63,849 nt of DNA, filler included, from Octopus bimaculoides (GCF_001194135.2; 7 parts of 6 records of this genome joined end to end with filler, not necessarily neighbours in it); one strand, 5' to 3'. Positions 12,350-25,440 are shown, counted from the first letter of the whole stretch. Notes: a model not told the origin generated them from the sequence alone. A program made the numbers and translations.

Positions 12350-12479
12350 GTTGTTGTTGTTGTTTTTAGCCCCTGGCCAATTCTGATCGAGCAGACATAT
12401 GATCAAAGGCGGTCGAAGCTGGCCTTTGATCATATACTCGATCAGAGGTGGCCAGGGGCTAAACAACAACAACAACAAC
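12350..12479. repeat. Long inverted repeat / hairpin
   Basis: Arms (GTT)n-TTAGCCCCTGGCCA..CTGATCGAG..ATATGATCAAAGGC and its reverse complement, separated by an ~11-nt loop. Confidence 0.85.
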
Positions 12480-13852
12480 GCTGACAATAGTAACAGCAAC
12501 AGTATCAACTAGCAACACCCCCCCCCACACACACACAACAACAATAACAACAACATTACCAGCGCCGCCGCCGCCGCCGCCGCTGCTGCCGTCGCTGTCG
12601 ACGACGTCACCATTTCAAAGGTATCGTTTGATTTCGCTCTAATTACTTTCGGTGAAATTAATTAGACTGCTAGAAGTAACATGTACAACTTNNNNNNNNN
12701 NNNNNNNNNNNNNNNNNNNNNNNNNNNNNNNNNNNNNNNNNNNNNNNNNNNNNNNNNNNNNNNNNNNNNNNNNNNNNNNNNNNNNNNNNNNNNNNNNNNN
12801 NNNNNNNNNNNNNNNNNNNNNNNNNNNNNNNNNNNNNNNNNNNNNNNNNNNNNNNNNNNNNNNNNNNNNNNNNNNNNNNNNNNNNNNNNNNNNNNNNNNN
12901 NNNNNNNNNNNNNNNNNNNNNNNNNNNNNNNNNNNNNNNNNNNNNNNNNNNNNNNNNNNNNNNNNNNNNNNNNNNNNNNNNNNNNNNNNNNNNNNNNNNN
13001 NNNNNNNNNNNNNNNNNNNNNNNNNNNNNNNNNNNNNNNNNNNNNNNNNNNNNNNNNNNNNNNTGTGTGTGTGAGTGTGTGTGCGCGCGTATGTGTGTAT
13101 GTTTATGTGTGTATGTGTTTGTGAGTGAGTGTGTTTGTATGCAGGTGTAAGTAGTCATGTTTGTGTGTGTGTGTGTATATAAATATGTGCGTGTTTGTGA
13201 GTGTGTGTGTGTGTGTGTGCGTGCGTGTAGCATGGTAGGTAGATACGGAAGGGGAGTTAGATGAGTGGGTAGATAGACGGGTAGATTAAGTGGGTGGGAT
13301 TCATTGCAAGATAGACAGAAGGGTAGATAGAAATATGGGTAGACACAAAAAAGGCAGATGGGTGGATTGGTGAATAGATAGGTGTGTAGAAAGATTGGTA
13401 AGAGAGATGGATAAACGGGTAAGTAGGTAGATAGATAGAATGACAAACGGACAGACAGACAAATAGATAATCCGACTGATTGGTATATGCAGATATAAAT
13501 ATGTTGGTAAATGGATAGATTTAGATAGAAAACTAAACAGATATATCGATGGAATCGCTGAATTGATAGAGAGGGAGCGACAGAGAGAGGGAGATGGTTG
13601 GATAAATTGATTAATTGGCAATATCGATTAGCTGATTGATAAACACATGCATGATAGGTAGATTGATCGATTGGGTAAAAGATGCGACACTGGAGTGATA
13701 GTTACAGTGACTCTGGTGGTGGTGGTGGCGGCGGCGGTGGTGATGGTAGTGGTGGTAGTGGTGGTGCCGGCGGCGGTGGCGGCTATGGTGGTGGTGTTGG
13801 TGATGGTCGTTATGATAATATAATGATTCTTTTCAACAATAAATACAAGATC

Positions 13853-14034
13853 TAACTTGTGGGTGTAGAGCTGATCACTAACATCGACCCCAGTACTTGA
13901 CTGACTCTTGATTTTATGGACCCCGAAAAGATGAAAAGCAAAGTCGACCTCGGCGGAATTCAAACGTAAAATCCAGAAGAAATGTAGCTAAGCATTTTTT
14001 CCCAACGTTTTATCGATTCTGCCAACTCACCGCC
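13853..14034 (-). mobile_element. SINE family E
   Basis: Head abuts the (AAT)n tract at 14040-14120. Confidence 0.8.
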
Positions 14035-14040
14035 TTCTTG

Positions 14041-14119
<79 letters not shown>

Positions 14120-14121
<2 letters not shown>

Positions 14122-14571
14122 TCAATGCCAATACACACAGATAGAGAAATTAAGGCCAATAGACCAGATATAGATGTCAAAGATAATGAAGGAAAAACGC
14201 TTTCTAATTGATGTATCAATACCAGCAGATGACAACGTTTCCCTAAAAGAAATGGAGAAACTTTCAAAATACAAAGACCTGGAAATAGAGGTAACTCGAA
14301 TGTGGAATCTAAAAACAGAAACAATTCCTATCAGAGTAGGTGCCTTAGGTATAATAAAAAAAATATTCAGACAAATACATAACAAAAACACCAGGACTTA
14401 CAAATATATATAACATACAGAAAATTGCACTACTGGGCACTGCACATATCCTACGCAAAACACTTTCAATACAGTAAACATAAGAGCATCACAGCAAACC
14501 ACAGCACATACCCAAGGCACACAGAGCTGCGCTCGGTAGTGAAGTGAAAGCACGTTATGAAAATAAAACTA

Positions 14572-14576
<5 letters not shown>
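14120..14576 (+). mobile_element. R4/Dong-like lineage 1, 5'-truncated 3' end (restriction-like endonuclease domain)
   Basis: ANRPDI..LIDVSIPADDNVSLKEMEKLSKYKDL (PD..D..K..KY RLE pattern), LGTAHILRKTLSIQ*; (AAT)n on both sides; highly similar to 33758-34110. Confidence 0.85.
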
Positions 14577-14645
<69 letters not shown>

Positions 14646-14646
<1 letters not shown>

Positions 14647-14925
14647 CGATAGATATGACAGGTTAGCTTGGGAAGTTAAGCAGTTAAGCAGTAGTACCAA
14701 TAATTGTCGGAGCCCTGGGAACACTGAGTAAAAATCTTGAGAATTACATGGAACAAATACAGATTGCAATAAGGGTGGATCACTAGCAGAAAACAGCACT
14801 GTTTGGAACCGCTCGAATACTCCGATTTGGTGCTCGAAAAATAAGGGGTGTTACCTTAGTTCACTGGTAGTGAACACCTGGCACCGTAGTACATCTCATC
14901 TTTAGAAGCCGTGCAAAGACGATAA
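14646..14925 (+). mobile_element. R4/Dong-like lineage 2, 5'-truncated 3' end
   Basis: RYDRLAWEVKQL..VPIIVGALGTLSK..QKTALFGTARIL; (AAT)n on both sides. Confidence 0.8.
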
Positions 14926-14976
<51 letters not shown>

Positions 14977-15164
14977 TATAATAACAACAATTTCTTTTAT
15001 TATCCGCAGGGGCATAGATAAGGGGTCATCACAAAAACTGACAACAGTTTGTGTAGGGATTTACATCAAGGATGGGGAGAAAGAAATGAAAAAAGGCATT
15101 GAAATGCGATAAAGGTATACATAGTACACAAAGTATGTGATAACATGAATGATACAGCCCTCCT

Positions 15165-16670
15165 GATACAGGAGAAACTTCAATTAGAGAAAGTGCGGAA
15201 ATTATACCAGCAGTTCGACAGAGGAGACGGAGCAGAAGGCACCGAAGAACCACAGCTAAGACCATTGAAGCACCGGAGCCCGAAGATTTTCAAACCAGCA
15301 AGGGATAGTTTGACCGTTTCTAGAAACGGTTTAAAATAATGTGTTTTCCTGCATGGAGAGACATCAGCCGACAAAGAAGCCGCCGAGAAGTACCTGAAGA
15401 CGTTCAGGTAAATCATCGAGGACAAGGGATACAAGCCGGAACAGGTCTTCAATATGGACGAGACTGGCTTCCTCTAGAAGAAGATGCTTTCCTGAACATA
15501 CATCATGAAGGACGAAGCCCCAGGATTTAAGGCACAGAAGGACAGAGTGATGCTAATTACGTGTGGCAATACTGCTGACTTCATGATGAAACCAGGACTT
15601 ATCTTGTGTCCGCGAACCTGAGGGCCTTCAAGAATACGAATAAAAACCTGCTGCCTGTCCACTAGATGCACAACCCCCAAGGTCTAGATTACCAAAAGTC
15701 TAACTCTGAATTGGTTCCACCAATGCTTCATCCCTCAAACCAAGGAATACCTCCAAAACGTATGCATGGAATTCAAGGTGTTGCTTGTTGTGGATAATGC
15801 TGGTGGTCGCTCTTTGGATTTGAATCATGAGGGAGTCCAAGTCGAGCTCCTCCCTGGCGTCACCACCTCCCTCATCCAGCCTATGGATCAAGGCGTGTTC
15901 CGTGCCTTCAAGGCACTTTACATTCGGAACTCTCTTCGACACCTTGTGGACGCAATGGATTCGGACGAGAATTTCAAGTTAAAGGAGTACTGGCGTACCT
16001 TCACAATCGCAACGTGCCTGTCAGTCATCCACGCTGCTCTTAAAGATATGAAAAAAGAAACCTTCATCACATGCTGGAAGAACGTGTGGCCAGAGCGTAT
16101 CCAAGATTATGAGGGCTTCTCACCTGAAGATATTCAGTAAGAAGCTGTCAACAATGCGGTGAAACTGGCAAAGGTACTTGGTGGTGAAGGTTTTGACGAC
16201 ATCACGCAAGATGACGTCAACGACTTCATCGATGTCCACTCTGAAACCTTGACAGACGAAGATTTGTTGCCAGCGAAGAGGGTTATGAAACGGCAGATCC
16301 AGAGGAGGATGAGGTGGGCCTGGCAATCAAACGTCTGTTCGACCTTTTTACGACAGCAAAGGAATTACAAGGGAAGGCAGAATTATGGGATCCTTATATG
16401 GTTTGGTCTCTCCAATTTAAAAATACCATCGATGCTGCCATGCAGATATATAAAACTCACCTCACCACCATGAATAAACAACGACAGCAACTTCTCATCA
16501 CAATGTTCCTCGAGCCCAACAAGAAAGCCTTGCACGCAGATACGATATCCCCTAAAACACCTGAAGAGGTTTAAACCTTCTTTGCAGTGCAGTCATTACC
16601 TGCATTATTTTCATCATCATCGTCTTAAATCAATACCATTCATTATTGGTGAGTAACATTTTACCTTTAT
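15165..16670 (+). mobile_element. pogo/Tigger-like DNA transposon, decayed transposase
   Basis: GYKPEQVFNMDETG, KVLLVVDNAGG and TTSLIQPMDQGV (DDE_1-type catalytic Asp motifs); several stops and frameshifts; TIRs not found. Confidence 0.85.
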
Positions 16671-16685
16671 TTTTTAAGCCACTTT

Positions 16686-17310
16686 GACTATTGCTCTCAG
16701 CTATGGTCACCAACCAGTGTCAAATTAATCTCAGAACTTGAGGCAATCCAATGAAGCTACACGAAGAAGATAGCCTCTGTGCAGCATATAAGCTATTGGG
16801 AAAGACTCAAGAGGTTAAGACTCTATTCCTTATAGCGTAGGCGAGAAAGATATGCCATAATATACATCTGGAAGATCCTCGAAGGAATTGTCCCAAACTT
16901 TGGCATCGAAAGTTACACAAGTAAAAGAACTGGACGCCATTGCATAGTGCCAAGGACTCTAAATTTGCCATCAAGATGTAGGGCAAGATACTGCAATAGC
17001 CTGGGCTTCAGAGGTCCACAGCTCTTCAATATCATCCCGAAGGACCTGAGAAACCTGCATTGGGTGGATGTAGGTGTCTTCAAGATGAGGCTGGACCTCT
17101 TCCAGTCAGGTGTCCCAGATGAACCAACTTCGCGGCAGGAGGTGCAGATGAGGGCAGCTGCATCAAACTCTCTCATTCACCAAATGTCAATTCGTGAAGT
17201 AAAATTCGTGAAGTAAAATTGTGTAGCAACACCAAATGGCGGTGCCCCAGCATGGCCACAGCTCATGAGCTGAAACTAGATAAAATGAAAAAAAAAATGA
17301 AAAATGAAAA
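16686..17310 (+). mobile_element. CR1-like LINE 3' fragment
   Basis: YCSQLWSP, WERLKRLRLYSL*RRRERY..YIWKILEG, FRGPQLFNIIPKDLRNL, VPDEP..RAAASNSL, then a short 3' UTR and A-rich tail. Confidence 0.8.
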
Positions 17311-17548
17311 TATATATATGATATTCATAAAATAAGGATAAAGATCACATTAGTGATTATTATGAAGTAGTTAGCATGGAATAAAACAATTTATATATTA
17401 AATTAATAATTATATATATATATATAATATATATAATATATAATTATATTATAACATAATTATATTATATATATAATTATTAATTCAATATATGTATAAT
17501 ATACATACATCCCATATATATATATATGTATGTATAATGTACATACAT

Positions 17549-17712
17549 ATCATCATCATCGTTTAACGTCCGCTTTCCATGCTAGCATGGGTTGGACGAT
17601 TTGACTGAGGACTGGTGAAACCGGATGGCAACACCAGGCTCCAGTCTAATTTGGCAGAGTTTCTACAGCTGGATGCCCTTCCTAACGCCAACCACTCAGA
17701 GAGTGTAGTGGG
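17549..17712 (-). mobile_element. SINE/LINE 3' end with (GAT)n tail (family C)
   Basis: Minus strand ends CCCATGCTAGCATGGAAAGCGGACGTTAAACGATGATGATG; decayed relatives near 39170-39270, 42003-42200 and 44845-44890. Confidence 0.7.
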
Positions 17713-17812
17713 NNNNNNNNNNNNNNNNNNNNNNNNNNNNNNNNNNNNNNNNNNNNTTAATTAATTAANNNNNNNNNNNNNNNNNNNNNNNNNNNNNNNN
17801 NNNNNNNNNNNN
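17713..17812. other. Artificial 100-nt assembly linker (44 N + TTAATTAATTAA + 44 N)
   Basis: Same structure at 30526-30625, 39749-39848, 51865-51964, 56501-56600 and 62396-62495. Confidence 0.95.
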
Positions 17813-18049
17813 TATATATATATATATACAGAGAGAGAGAGAGAGTGAGTGAGGGGGGAGAGAGACATATGTCTGCGTGTGTGTATATTTGTGAACCGGT
17901 ATTGGTTTATTTAACTGCTGTAACTTAGCTATTCAGCAATAGGGAGAATGGGATAATACCTGATTTAAATAAAATCATAAATAATAGGCGTCGAGCTCTT
18001 CAACTAAAAACCCCTCAAGACATTACTTTACCACTGCTCTAGTACAATT

Positions 18050-18330
18050 AAGGGGATAAATGATATGTATAAACGACAAGTAAACATGAACATGAAATAT
18101 GATAAAATATGATAAAAATATTTCAAAAATAATAAACGCATTAGACAACAGAATAAAAAAGTATAACAAGTCCCAAATGTAATGTCTAGATAACAAAATA
18201 ATAAATATTTAGAAAGAAGCATAAATGACAGAAAAAACATATTTTGCCAGATGAGTGACAGATAAACTCTTCCCATTGGGAAAAATTAAAATGAAATACA
18301 AAAAGAAAGTCTTATAACTTAGCACAAGCA
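18050..18330 (+). mobile_element. Possible R4/Dong-like pre-RT region remnant
   Basis: KIINALDNRIKKYNKSQ resembles the A..R..RY segment upstream of the RT in this clade; heavily decayed. Confidence 0.3.
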
Positions 18331-18650
18331 TTTCCTTTGGGGTTGACAAGTCGAGAATGTGTTGTCATTCATAAATCACTCCCACATGTGATGGCTCCGC
18401 AGACTGAAGAAAGCATTTCAAGTGTATTATTGTGCGGCATAATCAATCACAAACGCGCTTAAACACGCTATAACATACCACATACATAAACGTACGTATG
18501 TGCATATTTGAACTTACTCGCATATGTCCACACATATACTTTATACATAGCTTTCTATTTACATACTTATATGTATGTGCATGTGTGTGTGTTTACATAC
18601 ATATATATATATATATATTTAAATATGTAAGCACACACACATACACACAT

Positions 18651-18706
<56 letters not shown>

Positions 18707-18708
<2 letters not shown>

Positions 18709-19000
18709 CCAGTGGTTAGGACAGTGGACTCGCGGTCGGAGGATCGCGGTTTCGATTCCCAAACCAGGCGTTGTGAGTGTTTATTGAGCGAAAACACCTA
18801 AGTTCCACGAGGGTCCGGCAGGGGGTGGTGGCGACTCCTGTTGTACTCTTTCGCTCAAACTTTCTCTCACTCTTTCTTCCTGTTTCTTGAGTAATGCTGC
18901 GATGGACTGGCGTCCCGTCCAGCTGCGGCTGGGGAACACATACGCCATAGAAACCGGGAAACCGGGTCCATGAGCCTGGCTAGGCTTTGAAATGGCGACA
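18707..19000 (+). mobile_element. tRNA-derived SINE family B
   Basis: CCAGTGGTTAGG A-box, GGTTTCGATTCCC B-box, GCGATGGACTGGCGTCCCGTCCAG central motif reminiscent of V-SINEs, GAAACCGGGAAACCGGG tail. Confidence 0.75.
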
Positions 19001-19214
19001 AAGAGAATATATACATATATATATATATATATACATATATACACAGGAATTTTCTGTCCAGAATTATATTGAAATAAACATAATAAAAGCATAAATAGAC
19101 CGCCCAAAGTTTCAAAGATCGCTTTAGGCAGATCGCAAGGCACATCGTGGGGTTATAAAATTATAATGTCAGTACACACACACGCACTCCCCCCATACAC
19201 AAACATACATATAT

Positions 19215-20587
19215 GCTTGGAGTGAAGAAGTTAGATGATTACATCAACTTCAATGCATAACTGGTACTTATTTTATTGAATCTCCTCAAATTTTAACTAA
19301 GAATTTTAAGATCGGCAAAATCCAGATAACCGTTTTGCCCGGCGTACTAACGATTTTGCTACCTCGCTAACAGCAATGATAATCTTTTTTACAAAAGGTA
19401 CAAGACCTGAAAGTGTGCGGGGCGAGGATTAGTCGCTCAGATGGTACTTACTTAATCGATTTCCAATAGATGGAAGACAATGTCGCCCTTGGTGGAATTT
19501 GAACACAGAATATAAGGACAGAAAAAGTGCTAACGATTCTACCACCTTACCGTATTACCTCAGTAATAATAATAATGATTTCCAATGTTGGCTCAAAGCC
19601 AGGAATTTCAATGGAGAGAATAACCCGATTACATCGGCTCCTGTGCTCAGCTTCTTTTGTCCCCGAAAGAAAGAAATGTAAAGTCGACCTCGGTCGAATT
19701 TGAAATCAGAACATTAAGAAATACCGCTAAGCATTTCACCTGGCATGCTAATGATCCTGCTAGCTGAGCATTTCGCCCAGTGTACTAACGATTCTGCCAG
19801 CTCGCCGCCTTAATGATAATAATAATCCTTTTTATTATAGGTGCAAATCCCGAATTTTGGGTGAAGGTAGAGAGTCGATTTCATCGACCCCATTGTTTAT
19901 GTGGTACTTAATTTATCAGCCCCGAAAGGATGAAACGCAAAGTCAACCTTGGCAGCATTTCAAACCAGAACGTAAAGATGGACGAAATGCCCCTAAGCCA
20001 GGTCCCTGAATATGGGTTGTTTAAGGACGTTGAACGAAACACTAATGTTCCCAGCAGTGAATTATTCAAGCCCCTAAGAATTCCTCTCAACACATGGCTT
20101 TGATCCTTCCCCACTACCTGTGCTCCTGATCGGAGATGCACATAGCCTCAGCCACCAAGGGACATGCTCAACTAGTTAAGGTCAATCAAGTGACAAGCAA
20201 ATCTGTGGTATTGTGCAGAATATTTCAATTAATATTATTATCGCTATTATTATGTCTTAATCTGAATGGTCTACCAATGTATACAGTGAGTTTCTTTGTC
20301 GTAGGTGTCATGAAAACACTCGGCAAAAAATAAAAACAAAATTGAAAGAGATAATGATTATATTAATTATCCTTCCTGTTGTAAGCACAAGGCCTGACAT
20401 TTTTGGGGAGGATACAAGTCGATTATACCGACTCCAATGTTTCACTGGTACTTAACTTAACAAGCCCGAAGGGATGAAAGGCAAAGTCAAACCCGGCGGA
20501 ATTTGAATTCAGAACTTAGCGTTGGAAGAAATACCGCTACGCATTTCGTCCAGCGTGCTAACGATTCTGCCAGCTCGNNNNNNNNNN

Positions 20588-20663
<76 letters not shown>

Positions 20664-20920
20664 TGATAATAATAATCATTTGTACTATAGGCACAAGGCC
20701 TGACATTTTGGGGATGAGAAGTAAGTCGATTACATCCACCCCACTGCATAACTGGTATTTATTTCATCGACCCCACTGCGTAACTGGTATTTCACCAACT
20801 CCGAAAGGCTAAAACGGCAAAGTCGACCTATATGGAATTTGAATTCAGAACGTGAAAACAGACGAAATACCGTAAGCATTTTGCCGGCGTGCTAACGTTT
20901 CTGCCAGCTCGTTGCCGCCA
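19215..20920 (-). mobile_element. Head-to-tail cluster of about six SINE family E copies with AAT spacers; includes a family F fragment (19998-20228)
   Basis: Central motif and head recur at about 19250, 19440, 19660, 19900, 20450 and 20790. Confidence 0.85.
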
Positions 20921-21637
20921 TAGCAATACTAATAATAATAATAAAAATAATTATAACACATGAAATACAACACTACGAAGAAAAATATATATAGGATGAG
21001 AAAATAGACGAGTGTGTTTAATGGACAGTAATAGACAATTTAATGAATCTACACGGTTGAAATGCTAGATGTTGCATATGGAGTTTATAACAACAGTAAT
21101 GGAATTCCATCATAAAATATGTTAGATGTCATAAGTGTACTTGAATAATATGATCTCTACAGATTGACCGCCTATTAGCTCATATTCTTTCTCTATATCC
21201 ATTGAAAGTAATGGGTATCAGTCCTAAAAAATGTAGGTAGGAATTAAGCGCTTTAATGCATGTCTAGAATTAGCGAACATTTCGTTACACTTAAGTTAGT
21301 ATTGGATATCAGTTATAATGATAGCCATAGTCTCGTGTCTACACCATCAAAATCCGTGCTTTGCACCATGAAAGGCGACAGTTGAAACGATAATTGACCA
21401 TTAGAGTTTGAATTTTTCTCTTTTTGACTTTTTTGACTTTATAGTCAAAATTTTGTCGTTCCTACCTTTATATTTATTATTTGCTCTTTATCAGTTTTTA
21501 TTTTAAATATTTATTACTTTGTAATCTATGTACCTTATATTTCGGGTGCAGTGTATCTCCCTTCCCATTGTCGTTTTGTCTTGTTTTTCTGACTAATGCT
21601 TATACAAATTTTTAATATAGTGTTGTACAATAAGTCA

Positions 21638-21840
21638 GCGAGCTGGCAGGACCGTTAGCACGCCGGGCAAAATGTTGAGCGGTATTTCGTCCGTCTTTAC
21701 ATTCTGAGGCCGACTTTAAGATTTATACTTTCGGTGTCGATAAAATAAGTACCAGTTGAGTACTATGGTCGATGTAATCGCCCTAACCGCTCCCCTACCT
21801 GAACTTGCTGGTTTTGTGCAAAAATTTGAATCCAATATAT
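21638..21840 (+). mobile_element. SINE family E
   Basis: GCGAGCTGGCAGGACCGTTAGCACGCCGGG head; CTTTCGGTGTCGATAAAATAAGTACCAG motif. Confidence 0.8.
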
Positions 21841-22779
21841 TTTTATAGAAAAATATAAATAGATTTACTGTATCATATTCCATGTATATTTTACTTGCAG
21901 GTGATTTTACTTCATTCTTATGCATTAAACAAGTATTATTTATCTTTTATTGCCCGGTGATTCATCTCAATTCATATTTTTTCCAATAATCTGCGACGCC
22001 TTGATTTTGCATCAGTCAACATTGTTATATTTTATTTGATGTATTATCTAGGTTTAATTGAATTGTCATTTTTATTTTCTCTTTTTCGTTTTCTGTTATA
22101 ATCTGAGGTGCGATATTTCTATATATGAAGTGGAAAATATTTGAAGAAAGTTATTTCACTTTGCCATCTGATGATGTTGATGGTAGTCAGTTTTATTATT
22201 AATTTTGGTCATTTGAAATGCTTGTAATGAATGATTTGCAATATGAACTATTTTGTTTTCTGCTCCGTTGGCAGCACACATAATAGGAAATTAATCTAGA
22301 AGAAATTCGAACTAGTGCTTCTATGGTAATTTATCGCACATTCACTGCATGAACGCTTGCGCGCACACACACGCACACATGCACGGGCGTGCAGATACCT
22401 GCATATGTGTCTGTGTTTGCGTGCGTAGGGCTGCTCGATTATTTGACGCCCATGTCACCCTGAGTTGTTTTGGGTATTTATTTCATCGATATAGAAAGTT
22501 GAAATGCAAAGTAGGCCACGGAAGTTTTGAACTAGGATCATATATAGTGTTTATATTGTTTCATCTCATAGATAGAATGTAACACATGATTTGAGTGGAC
22601 GAATGCAGTATATTAGCGTGATATGTAGTGCTTAATTCATCAGACCCAAGATTAACGTCCACCTGAGCAGGATTTGAATTCAGTACTCTAGCCGATAGGA
22701 CTGAATACTTCGAGACATTTCGTTCATTCCATTGCAGGTTTCGGAATCTAATCTACAATAAAATTGAAGCGATACAATG

Positions 22780-24400
22780 AACTCCAATTCTATATACGGC
22801 GAAAGACATTGACCTACGCGGCGCAATCCAACAAAGTAAAGAAGAAACCGAATTAAAGAAAAAAAAAACAGTAGAAAGCCTACAGATCGCTGAGTCACAA
22901 AAATATGGTAAAAATATGAAGAATTGAATATATGAGCTATATTTCAGAATAGAAAGTTCTAGTGTAAGAAAACATGAAAATGAAAATCGAAGTACAGAAA
23001 TAGGGAAATGATTATTCATAATACATCTTCCAATGAAAGAATGGAAGTACTAACAAAAAATAAACTCCAGCTGTATAATAACAACGAGAATAATAGAAAG
23101 TGCAAACTTAACTTTCATGAATTTCATGAAAACAAACACTTAGAAGGTACTCCTCCATATGCATTGGTGAACAACATGGAAGATAAAACACAGAAATAAT
23201 CTAGGTAATAATGAAGCAGTAGATTAATTCTTAAAGGTATCAATATCAAACTCTATAAGAGTGACAAAGAGCCAAATGTTACGAAAACATACAGTAAACA
23301 AAGACGTGTATTAAAAGTAAAAATGTCTGAAGCAAGTGATTCGTATTAAACCACAAATGTTTCGCTAGGGCCAAACCACAGATGTTTGGCCCAAACACAA
23401 AAAAGATTTTATCAAGAAATAGATAAAATGAAATACAAATCTATGTAGCTCCAATAGCAATAGATGCGAATGTATCTGGGAGTGAGCATCGACGAAATTG
23501 TTCAAAAGGAACCTACAGTTATGGCAAACAAAAATTGGCATAGGCACTACGCAAAGCAAACAACTGAATGCCTTAATTCGTGATAAAATTCCAAACTATA
23601 GTCTAAAATATTTAACAAGGAAACAAGGTGCTGATAAAGATGCTTATTAAAACACTGCCAGAATAGGCAACGGCAGCTGATTGATTGGATGAGGGGTAAA
23701 AAGCACTATATCCTAAAGACAAAAGAAATAGCAGACCCTACATTCTACAAACTACAGAGCCTTTACTGCAATGGTATTACACAATAGAAATAAAACCCCA
23801 GAAAAACAACTCGCCTGCAGGAGAAAATAAATGAAAAGTAACCGTCTTCCCATTAGAAAAAATATATTCTGAGAGGACTCGTTCTCGCCTCTCTATTAAC
23901 TGTCTGAATCATATCAGATAGGATTCAAATAAGCTACTAAGTCGTGTGTATGTCCTAAATTTGTACACTGCAAGTGATGAACTACAAATACAACCGTAGT
24001 CTGTATAAGGATATATCAAAGGAATATATTGTAAATTTGGTTTAGAACAATGTACCAAATTAATTCCGCATAAAAGAGAATTAAGAATTCTAATATCATG
24101 CTAGAACGAGAGAATTGCACTCAATACAAATGCTAGAGAGTAGAAGAATTTCACAGAGTACAATTCACACAAATGAAAGAAAAGTTTAGGAAGTAGTGTT
24201 ATACATGACTTAGATAATGTTGAAACAAAGTTAAATGCAAAATTAATGTAATATTCCACAATATTTCACCTGTTCTACTAATGAGATAAAATATTCTCAA
24301 TCTAACACTAAATGAACGACCAAGACATAACAGAAAATAAGAAAATAAGAAAATACTATCTAAATTGTCTCATCAGACAACAAAGCAGGAATGCATAGTA
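22780..24400 (+). mobile_element. Old, highly degenerate R4/Dong-like RT region
   Basis: Fragmentary motifs WMRGK, DSFSPL and FGLEQC in clade order, amid many stops. Confidence 0.45.
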
Positions 24401-25440
24401 ATTAATTTTATGGTGTGATGAAGAATGTGAGAAGAATTCAACATTTCAAATCGTGAATCTCCACCAAGAAAAATAAAACAAAGAAAATTTGAAGAAAATC
24501 GAAATTTCTCTTAAAGTCACGTTTACAGTGACAACTACGTGTTAAATGAATAAAAAATGTACAAAACTAGATTGTTTTGAAACCGAAGCCTGTTTTCCAG
24601 TGAGGGAGGATTGTGTGTCAGTTGATTTCATTGTATCTGTATTTCCACCCTGCTATGGATTTTAAATTTACTTTTTTCTATCATTCTTATTAGTTTTCTG
24701 ACACCCTCTACCTACGTTTGTGCAGAGTCAGTCCCATTCAAACCATATTTCATCTACAATTATATCATAATTCGCCACCTCAGTAGCAATGTGGTCGGTT
24801 TTAATTCCCGAATTCACAGAAAATGGCTATCCAATCCAGTAATTCATGTTACCGGTTGCGACACCCTTAGTTTCGAATTGACTTGTGTATTTAACTTTCA
24901 TATGCACATACCTTCCTTTCCTTTCTCCTCGGGTACCATTCTATTATATTGGCATTCTTACGCACCAAACTACAGCATTCTACATATTTCATATTGCTAT
25001 TCCACATATCAACACTTTGAACGATTGCTCCCTTTTTCATTTGAACACAATCTCTTTGGCCATGTTATCCTTAGTTTTCACTATCACCATCCCAAAGTAC
25101 ATGATTAATCGTATCCTAGTCATCACTGTGGCATTAGTAACAAATTAATTCAAAAGACAATTTGACGTCTAGAGATCCCCCAAGCAATAGTGACAATGTC
25201 TTGCACTCTTTCATGCGTTCAGTTGTCTCTAATTAAGCATATTTGCTGAAACTGAATACGAGTCCGATGTGCATTTAATTAATTAATTATTAAAGTATGT
25301 AATAGTGTACGAAGGACTTTCTATTCTTTTCTTCCATNNNNNNNNNNNNNNNNNNNNNNNNNNNNNNNNNNNNNNNNNNNNNNNNNNNNNNNNNNNNNNN
25401 NNNNNNNNNNNNNNNNNNNNNNNNNNNNTATATATATGCG

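Noticed and set aside
17757-17768. Recurrent TTAATTAATTAA as a biological motif (PacI-like or piggyBac TTAA)
   Set aside because: Always centred in exactly 88 N; an assembly linker
19215-20920. CRISPR-like repeat-spacer array
   Set aside because: Units are ~200-bp diverged SINEs with microsatellite spacers in eukaryotic DNA; no cas genes
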